Source of the DNA: Bacteroidota bacterium
GTDB lineage: Bacteria; Bacteroidota; Bacteroidia; NORP154
Assembly: GCA_022572355.1 (NCBI GenBank)
Contig: JACZWC010000011.1
Span: 3,489 to 67,488 of the forward strand
Length of the DNA: 64,000 nucleotides
Direction: 5' to 3'
This document shows positions 8,606 to 15,159 of the stretch, one piece after another. Numbering within the stretch: the stretch's first letter is position 1; the number at the start of each line of letters is the position of its first letter. Position numbers and translations under genes: made by a program. A model generated the notes under the pieces. It saw only the letters and a program-made list of their open reading frames with translations, was not told where the DNA came from and did not search any database.

Positions 8606-10018
8606 ATGACCTGGGAAGAAGAACTTAAAAAATCCTCTAGGAAATACCATATCATAACCTGCTGGTTAGCCGGGATAATCGATCCGGTGTGGATTGTGAG
8701 TGACTACATCGTAACACCGGATTTATGGCAGGGTTTCGCGGTAATCAGGATTTGCGTTGCCGCCATCTCCATAACGGTGTTGTTGTTCAGAAATAAGATC
8801 AGCGTGGAGATGCTCATATTCATTCCGTTTATATGCCTCGCTTTTCAAAATGCTTACATGTATAGTGTTATGGATGTGGAGGCGTTTCAACAGTTTACAT
8901 TCGCATACATCACCCTCTTTATCGGTGCAGGAATGTTGGTTTTGTGGAAATACACATACACCATCATAGTAGTTGGCTGTACAACAATCCTGCAAATAGT
9001 GCTGTTCAATTTGCTCAGCCCTCTGACTTCTGATGAATTTCTTGCAAATGGTGGTTTGTTGAGTATGACCGTGGCCTTGTTTAGTATAATCCTGATACAG
9101 ACAAGGTACCGACTTACAAAAAACGAAATTATATCGCGTCTTGCTCTTGCAGAATCCAATGAGAAATTGGAATTGCAAAATGAGATAATAGAAGAAAAGA
9201 ATAAGGATATAACGGATAGTATTAACTATGCGCGAAATATTCAGGATGCGATATTACCCAACGAAGGAGAAATTGACTCCGGAATAAAGGACCATTTCGT
9301 CTTGTACCGGCCGAAGGACATCGTGAGCGGAGACTTTTACTGGTTTACCAATAAGAAGCGTTATACTTTCATAACAGCTGCTGATTGTACCGGACATGGT
9401 GTGCCGGGTGCCTTCGTTTCCATGATTGGGGCCAACTTACTCGATAGGCTGATCATTGAGAATGATAAGAACGATACTGGAGATATTCTATCATCGTTAA
9501 GTGATGCGGTAAAACGCGTATTCTCTAGCGAAGGAAAGCAGGAAGCCCAGGATGGAATGGATATGTCTCTATGTGCATTCGAGAAAGATGAGGATGGTAA
9601 CCTGATCAGAATGCAGTTTTCCGGAGCACAGAATCCACTCTTTTTTATAAGAAAAGGATTGGCGGACTCACAGTTGGTTCAGGATGGTAAGGTAGCACAC
9701 TACGATGAAAATCTCGGAGACATACGTGGTGATAGAACGCCAATTGGTGGTGATACAGATTACCAGTACCAATTTGCAAGCACCACACTTGATTTGGAAA
9801 AGGGTGATTTGATCTATATTTTCTCGGACGGTTATCAAGATCAATTTGGCGGGCCTAAGGGTAAAAAGTTTATGGTTAAGCAGTTGAAGCGTTTGCTATT
9901 GGATATTCAGGAGGACTCCATGTCAACGCAAAAGGAGAAACTCGAAGTGGCTATGGATGATTGGATTGGATCAGAAGAACAGGTGGATGATATCTTGTTA
10001 ATAGGCATAAGGGTTTGA
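8606..10018 (+). CDS. Membrane-anchored PP2C-family serine phosphatase (multi-TM N-domain, coiled coil, SpoIIE domain)
   Basis: The track ORF begins at TTG 8600; the ATG is at 8606. About 6 predicted TM helices lie in residues 15-165. The PP2C/SpoIIE region follows: YARNIQDAILP, SGDFYWF, DCTGHGVPGA, DGMDMSL, FSDGYQDQFGG, DDILLIGIRV. Confidence 0.8.
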   Translation: MTWEEELKKSSRKYHIITCWLAGIIDPVWIVSDYIVTPDLWQGFAVIRICVAAISITVLLFRNKISVEMLIFIPFICLAFQNAYMYSVMDVEAFQQFTFAYITLFIGAGMLVLWKYTYTIIVVGCTTILQIVLFNLLSPLTSDEFLANGGLLSMTVALFSIILIQTRYRLTKNEIISRLALAESNEKLELQNEIIEEKNKDITDSINYARNIQDAILPNEGEIDSGIKDHFVLYRPKDIVSGDFYWFTNKKRYTFITAADCTGHGVPGAFVSMIGANLLDRLIIENDKNDTGDILSSLSDAVKRVFSSEGKQEAQDGMDMSLCAFEKDEDGNLIRMQFSGAQNPLFFIRKGLADSQLVQDGKVAHYDENLGDIRGDRTPIGGDTDYQYQFASTTLDLEKGDLIYIFSDGYQDQFGGPKGKKFMVKQLKRLLLDIQEDSMSTQKEKLEVAMDDWIGSEEQVDDILLIGIRV

Positions 10019-10071
10019 TGACTCTGCATCTGAGAATTATTACCAATACATATAATATGTATTTTTATTTT

Positions 10072-12780
10072 ATGGAAATGTTTAAATACCTTCGGAATAT
10101 TCTGCTCTCTCTGATTGGATTCTCCTCTTTGGCGTTCGCTCAGACCGATAATATCATGTTCAATCACATTTCATTGGAAGATGGGCTATCACAAACCACA
10201 GTCTTCTGTATTTACCCAGGTAGCAGAGGCTTTCTCTGGATCGGAACGGAAAGCGGACTGAATAGGTATGACGGATATGAATTCAAAGTGTACACTCACT
10301 ATCCGTTTGATGATCAAAGTCTATCTAATAATACAATCTTAAGTATTTATGAGGACATGGATGGCTCCTTGTGGATCGGAACAAACGGGGGCGGGCTGAA
10401 TATTTATGATCGCAATACAGATAAGTTTACCCAATACCATCACGATCCGAATGACGAAAACAGTCTTTCGGGAAGTATAGTATACTTTTGTTTTAGGGAT
10501 GATAATGGTGACATGTGGGTCGGAACTTCTGTAGGATTGGACAAAGTAGCTATTGAAGCAGGTAATAGAACAAAATCTTCAGGCCCATATAAGGGCTTTA
10601 AATTCAGTCACTATAAAAATGATCCCGGCAATCCTAAAAGCATTTCGCACAACAGGGTAAGGACAATTCTCCAGGATAGTGATGGCGTACTTTGGTTCGG
10701 AACCCAGGGTGGAGGCTTAAACAGGCTTGATAAAGATGCTGGATCAGGTGAGGGATCTGAATTTAAACGGTTTCTTCATGATGAGAATAACCCTGAATCG
10801 ATCTCTGATAATGATGTTTTGTGGTTGCTGCAAGACTACGCAGGAGAAATTTGGGTTGCAACTTATGGAGGTGGCGTAAATCGTCTTATTCCAACTGCGG
10901 GCACATTTGTACGTTATCTTCATGATGATGAGGATGAAAAAAGTATTTCTCACAATGTGGTATTAGCCATTCACGCGGAGAGAAACGGTACAGTTTGGTT
11001 TGGTACATATGGCGGAGGGCTGGATAAATTGGTACGGCCGGATATGACATCTCTTACAACAGCGAATTTTTCCTTTATGAATCATAGAAACGATCCTCAG
11101 GATGAGTATAGCCTTTCAAACAACAACGTAGGAACGATTGCTTCTGATAAGAACGGAATTTTATGGGTGGGAACATTTGGAGGTGCTGTAAATCGCTTTG
11201 ACTCCAGGAGTAGTAAGTTCTCACATTACAAACACAACCCGCAAAATGAGAACAGCCTGGCCGCGAAAGGGGTAGGTGCGATCTATGAAGATTCTAAAGG
11301 CAATTTATGGGTAGGAACAACAGGGGGTGGTTTGAACCTGGTGGATAGGGAAGAGAATAAATATACACGCTGGATCGCCGATAAAAATGACCCGTCAGCA
11401 CTCCAACACAACAGTGTCACGGCAATCATTGAAGACAACGACGGTTCACTTTGGTTTGGTACGAGTGGTGGCGGATTGGCAAAAATGAATGATGATCGTA
11501 AGACTTTTGAGGTTTATATGAATGATCCAATGGACAGTACTACGTTACCGCATAACTTGGTAAGGGCCCTGTGTATTGATAAAGATGGTGATTTGTGGGT
11601 TGGAACTCACGGTGGTGGCTTGAGCCTGTTGGATAGAAAGACTGGAAAGTTTGTTCATTATCAGCAAGACCCGGATAACCCGCATAGCTTGTATCGAAAC
11701 CGGGTGCGTGCTATCGTCGAGGATAGAGATGGTTATTTATGGGTGGGCAACAATGCCCTTAGCCGATTTGATAAACGAACCGGAGAGTTTGTGCATTATG
11801 TGCATAACCGTGAGGATAGGAATAGCTTGTCTGATAATTCGGTCCGGTCCATTCTTATTGACAAAAAGGGAAAGCTATGGGTTGGAACGCTGAGAGGCGG
11901 ATTAAACAGGTTTGATAGAAGGAGTAAGAAATTTACCCATTGGAGGACACTGGATGGACTGCCTAATGATGTGATATACGGAGTATTGGAAGACGCAGGT
12001 GGCAATATTTGGGTGAGCACCAACAAAGGGATATCAAAATTTGATGTTCAGGCAAACAGTTTTAAAAATTTCGATATCAGCGATGGATTACAGAGCAACG
12101 AATTTAGTTCGGGAGCTTATTTCAAAAGTAAATCTGGTGAAATGTTCATGGGTGGTATTAATGGCTTTAATACTTTCTTGCCGGATAGCACTCGAAATAA
12201 TCTGATACCTCCGGACATAGTGATTACCGGTTTTCAGGTATTTAACAAGGAGGTAATGATCGATCCTGCAGGATCCACGCCTTTAAAAAAACATATTTCG
12301 GAAGCTGATTTAATCACCCTATCCTATGAAGATTATATTTTCTCCTTTGACTTCGTAGCATTACACTATTCGAACCCGAGTAAAAATCAGTATGCCTATA
12401 AAATGGTAACTGTTGATGAGGCGGAAAGCTCAACAACCCGGCAGGGAGGATGGCAATATGTTGGTACACGTCGATATGCTAATTTTTACAATCTCGATCC
12501 GGGAGAATATATATTTTCGGTCAAAGGAGCCAACAGTGACGGTACCTGGAATGAGGAGGGTAAGTCTATCTACCTTACCATTGTTCCACCATTTTGGAGA
12601 ACACAGTGGTTCTATCTGTTTTGGATTCTTGTTGGTGTGGGAGGAATTTGGTTGTTCCTGAAAGGGCGGGAAAAGTTCCTTCAGATAAAACTCACAAAAC
12701 TAGAGGAAGAAGTAGAATACCTTACCGACATGTTGGAGATAGAGAAGCATAAGAATAAGGAGGACTGGGAGAAGGAATAA
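10072..12780 (+). CDS. Two-component-regulator beta-propeller / Y_Y_Y sensor-domain protein lacking any kinase or output domain
   Basis: The likely start is ATG 10072 (MEMFKYLRNILLSLIGFSSLAFAQ signal/anchor); the track start is 10015. About 13 repeats of the type LWIGTxxGGLNxxD follow, then a Y_Y_Y-like Ig domain, one TM helix (WFYLFWILVGVGGIWLFL) and only about 40 cytoplasmic residues. Confidence 0.8.
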   Translation: MEMFKYLRNILLSLIGFSSLAFAQTDNIMFNHISLEDGLSQTTVFCIYPGSRGFLWIGTESGLNRYDGYEFKVYTHYPFDDQSLSNNTILSIYEDMDGSLWIGTNGGGLNIYDRNTDKFTQYHHDPNDENSLSGSIVYFCFRDDNGDMWVGTSVGLDKVAIEAGNRTKSSGPYKGFKFSHYKNDPGNPKSISHNRVRTILQDSDGVLWFGTQGGGLNRLDKDAGSGEGSEFKRFLHDENNPESISDNDVLWLLQDYAGEIWVATYGGGVNRLIPTAGTFVRYLHDDEDEKSISHNVVLAIHAERNGTVWFGTYGGGLDKLVRPDMTSLTTANFSFMNHRNDPQDEYSLSNNNVGTIASDKNGILWVGTFGGAVNRFDSRSSKFSHYKHNPQNENSLAAKGVGAIYEDSKGNLWVGTTGGGLNLVDREENKYTRWIADKNDPSALQHNSVTAIIEDNDGSLWFGTSGGGLAKMNDDRKTFEVYMNDPMDSTTLPHNLVRALCIDKDGDLWVGTHGGGLSLLDRKTGKFVHYQQDPDNPHSLYRNRVRAIVEDRDGYLWVGNNALSRFDKRTGEFVHYVHNREDRNSLSDNSVRSILIDKKGKLWVGTLRGGLNRFDRRSKKFTHWRTLDGLPNDVIYGVLEDAGGNIWVSTNKGISKFDVQANSFKNFDISDGLQSNEFSSGAYFKSKSGEMFMGGINGFNTFLPDSTRNNLIPPDIVITGFQVFNKEVMIDPAGSTPLKKHISEADLITLSYEDYIFSFDFVALHYSNPSKNQYAYKMVTVDEAESSTTRQGGWQYVGTRRYANFYNLDPGEYIFSVKGANSDGTWNEEGKSIYLTIVPPFWRTQWFYLFWILVGVGGIWLFLKGREKFLQIKLTKLEEEVEYLTDMLEIEKHKNKEDWEKE

Positions 12781-12800
12781 CTATTATCTTTAATCATCAT

Positions 12801-13784
12801 CTAAATTAGCGGTGCCCCTTTCTTTTTCTTTGTCTTTTTGGTCTTGAACCTATAACCAATCACAATTTCATTGGATCCTGAGCTGTATTTCTTCAAATTG
12901 GAGGTGGTAAAGTCATAGGCGAATCCAACTTGAAAGCGTTCCTGAAGGTCGAATCCTACCAGTACTGTAACAGCGTCCTCACTTCGATAGGCAACTCCCA
13001 ACCACAGCTGTGCCTTATAAAAGAGTCTTGTGGTAAGATCTACCTGCGGTTTTACAGGCGACACAATCTTTACCAACACCGATGGTTCTATGTTCCATGT
13101 AGAATTTACTTCAAAATTGTAACCTCCATGAATGAACAAGTGGTTGGTAAGCGTTCCGAAGCTCTCAGATGATTTATCGAACAGATCTTGTTTTATTTGG
13201 CTGTGAAATAGCTGATTGAACGATGCGCCTATGTGATAATCATCTGTATAGAAGTTAACGCCAAAAGTCGCATCGGGAACAATAGCGGTTTCCATTCCCT
13301 CAAATAAATATCGCTCCTCTTCATCTGCAAGTATTATTTCGTTGCCATTTATTTTATACTGCATCATTCCTACAAACAATCCCATTGCGAGCTTGAGCTC
13401 ATCACCTAAATTCAGGTGATAGGAGTAGGCGAGGTTGATACCTGTCCTGGTTACAGGGCCCGCCACATCACTGAATATGTATCCTCCCAACCCAACTTTT
13501 TCCGGACTGTACGGAATGTTAGCGCTGATGATAAATGTTCTTGGTGCATCCGAAATACCTACCCATTGATACCTCACGTTGGTCTTTATCAGGTTGTAGT
13601 CGTTTTTCCCAGCGATTGCAGGGTTCACCAATAGATCATTCAGAACAAAGAGGCTGTGCATGGGCAATTGTTGGGCAGAGGCCTGAGGCAAAAAGGCAAA
13701 AGGCAAAAGGCAAAAACCGAGCACGGAGTTGCTGGCTGAGCGGAGCAGGAGTCGCCGAAGTGCGATGCTGAAATATCTTATCAT
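12801..13784 (-). CDS. Type IX secretion system membrane protein, PorP/SprF family
   Basis: The likely start is ATG 13782-13784 (MIRYFSIALRR...); the track ORF extends to 13844. NPAIAGKNDY...YQWVGISDAPRT...VGLGGYIFSDVAGPV...LWLGVAYRS...GFAYDFTTSNLKKYSSGSNEIVIGYRF follows the PorP/SprF beta-barrel pattern. Confidence 0.8.
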   Translation of the reverse strand: MIRYFSIALRRLLLRSASNSVLGFCLLPFAFLPQASAQQLPMHSLFVLNDLLVNPAIAGKNDYNLIKTNVRYQWVGISDAPRTFIISANIPYSPEKVGLGGYIFSDVAGPVTRTGINLAYSYHLNLGDELKLAMGLFVGMMQYKINGNEIILADEEERYLFEGMETAIVPDATFGVNFYTDDYHIGASFNQLFHSQIKQDLFDKSSESFGTLTNHLFIHGGYNFEVNSTWNIEPSVLVKIVSPVKPQVDLTTRLFYKAQLWLGVAYRSEDAVTVLVGFDLQERFQVGFAYDFTTSNLKKYSSGSNEIVIGYRFKTKKTKKKKGAPLI

Positions 13785-13797
13785 CTTATCATTTTTT

Positions 13798-13853
13798 CGA
13801 TTCAATTCGCAAATAGTTACGCTTTTTTGCGATTCAATTCGCAAAATATTACG
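13798..13853. promoter_or_regulatory. Two direct copies of a 24-bp element containing the palindrome TTGCGA-N6-TCGCAA, upstream of the PorP/SprF gene
   Basis: Copy 1 is CGATTCAATTCGCAAATAGTTACG (13798-13821) and copy 2 is CGATTCAATTCGCAAAATATTACG (13830-13853). The period is 32 bp and each copy is preceded by T6. Copy 2 forms perfect 6-bp inverted arms. Confidence 0.45.
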
Positions 13854-13902
13854 TAAAGTAATTTATTATTCTATAGTCGGTGTCATTGATTTTATTCTTA
13901 AA

Positions 13903-14100
13903 TTACTTCCTTATAAATATAAACTGTCCCCCTTCATCGCCCGTGTTTTTAACGGGTTGCAATAAAGGAGTTTGATCAGAATTATTGGTTACCGGTATTT
14001 TCATGTCATTGTACAATTGACCGGCATCATAGTATTTGTCTTCGTTTCTATTGAGCATTTCCAAAAAGTAGTAAACTATATTACAGGCTACATTTTTCAT
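13903..14100 (-). CDS. Hypothetical 65-aa protein, translationally coupled to HepT
   Basis: The ATG at 14098-14100 overlaps the HepT TGA (14097-14099) in an ATGA arrangement. Translation: MKNVACNIVYYFLEMLNRNEDKYYDAGQLYNDMKIPVTNNSDQTPLLQPVKNTGDEGGQFIFIRK. I recognise no motif. Confidence 0.3.
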   Translation of the reverse strand: MKNVACNIVYYFLEMLNRNEDKYYDAGQLYNDMKIPVTNNSDQTPLLQPVKNTGDEGGQFIFIRK

Positions 14101-14432
14101 TCTTTTAATCCCTTTTCTATTTCCGCCTTCACTATTGGCAAATGGTTTTTCAGGATAGCCCAAACGATGGTGTCATCTACGCTATCGTACGCGTGAATTA
14201 TTCGGTTTCTGAAATTGACAATTTGTTGAGTATGGGTCAATTCAAAATCTGCATTATCCTTTTGGGATTTACTTACCGCTTCACCGATTATTCCCAATTG
14301 TCTTTCAACGGCGCTTTTCGTTTTTAAATCCGCTTGGTAATCTGAAAAACTCTTGATATCAACCAGAAATTCTTCAATCAAATTAATTGCTCGTTGTATG
14401 TCAGACAAGTATTTTTTAGCCTTGTCGGTCAT
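14097..14432 (-). CDS. hepT: HepT-family (DUF86) ribonuclease toxin
   Basis: 111 aa with the Rx4HxY motif present (RNRIIHAY). It overlaps the upstream MNT gene by 17 bp. Confidence 0.85.
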   Translation of the reverse strand: MTDKAKKYLSDIQRAINLIEEFLVDIKSFSDYQADLKTKSAVERQLGIIGEAVSKSQKDNADFELTHTQQIVNFRNRIIHAYDSVDDTIVWAILKNHLPIVKAEIEKGLKE

Positions 14433-14736
14433 AAATCAATTGTTTTGTTTCTTCTATTCTTTTCCTGAGAAACGGATTTTTAATGGGTTGGTCGGAAAGC
14501 AGGTCAATTCTTCTTGTAAACAGTTCTTCTAAAGCGCTCCACAAGTTCATAAGATTTTCACCTTTTTCAACAGGGGGTAATGATCCTAATTCAACAATAA
14601 AGTCTATATCGCTTGTTTCAGCATTAAAGTGATTTGAAACAACTGAACCAAAGGCATACAATTTTTCAACCCGGTATGTTTGACAGAGTTTACCCAGTTG
14701 GTCGATTCTATTTTCTATTATTGAGGGCAGCTTCAT
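14416..14736 (-). CDS. mntA: MNT-family nucleotidyltransferase antitoxin
   Basis: The likely start is ATG 14734-14736 (MKLPSIIENR...); the track TTG start is 14763. It carries the minimal nucleotidyltransferase motif FGS...SDIDF. Confidence 0.85.
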   Translation of the reverse strand: MKLPSIIENRIDQLGKLCQTYRVEKLYAFGSVVSNHFNAETSDIDFIVELGSLPPVEKGENLMNLWSALEELFTRRIDLLSDQPIKNPFLRKRIEETKQLIYDRQG

Positions 14737-14791
14737 TTCAGTTGTGCCGTGCTTAATAAGCAAATGGAATCATTGGCAAGTATTTTGATTT

Positions 14792-15009
14792 TCATGAGAG
14801 ATTGTCTCCAATATCTTTTTTAGCGCTGCTCCAATCTGCAAAATCCTCATCTCCTTGTTTAATTTTATCCCCTCTTTCCTGTAAAACCTTTTTATGCCAG
14901 GGAGGAGATGGTATGCTATCTGCTTTTGTACACAAATCACCCCAAATTATTTCCATGGTTTGGATTTTTCTTCAGTGGACATTTTCTCTAAAGGTAAAGT
15001 AACTTCCAT
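14792..15009 (-). pseudogene. Frameshifted addiction-module antitoxin (Unstab_antitox/PF09720-like)
   Basis: ATG 15007-15009 gives MEVTLPLEKMSTEEK and then hits a stop. The downstream frame from ATG 14954-14956 gives MEIIWGDLCTKADSIPSPPWHKKVLQERGDKIKQGDEDFADWSSAKKDIGDNLS. Adding one A to the A5 run (14965-14969) joins them into a 72-aa protein with the family pattern. Confidence 0.55.
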
Positions 15010-15128
15010 TTTTGTTTCCTCCTAATTGAGGTTACAGCTAATATACGTAAATGCACCCTTATTGTTCCAGCATGTCTTGTCCTTATGATAAATGGATGCT
15101 TCCCAAAACTTATGAGATTAAAATAATG

Positions 15129-15159
15129 TGACAAATTAAATTTTTCATGACTTTTGTCA
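15129..15159 (-). terminator. Weak terminator candidate after the 2310-aa gene
   Basis: Inverted repeat TGACAAA / TTTGTCA (7 bp arms, 17-nt loop), followed on the minus strand by CATTATTTT. The stop codon lies within the stem. Confidence 0.25.

Noticed and set aside
10015-10071. Track start of the propeller-sensor ORF overlapping the PP2C stop (ATGA-like coupling)
   Set aside because: The first 19 codons (MMTLHLRIITNTYNMYFYF) precede a much better start at 10072, which opens directly into a signal/anchor sequence. Coupling therefore cannot be claimed, although the genes remain adjacent.
13785-13844. Upstream extension of the PorP/SprF ORF (MRIESQKSVTICELNRKNDK...) and a tiny uORF created by the ATGATAAGATGATAAG duplication
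   Set aside because: The extension has no signal-peptide character and covers the duplicated palindromic element. The ATG at 13784 opens directly into a typical signal sequence. The 3-codon uORF (MIR*) is too small to support any claim.
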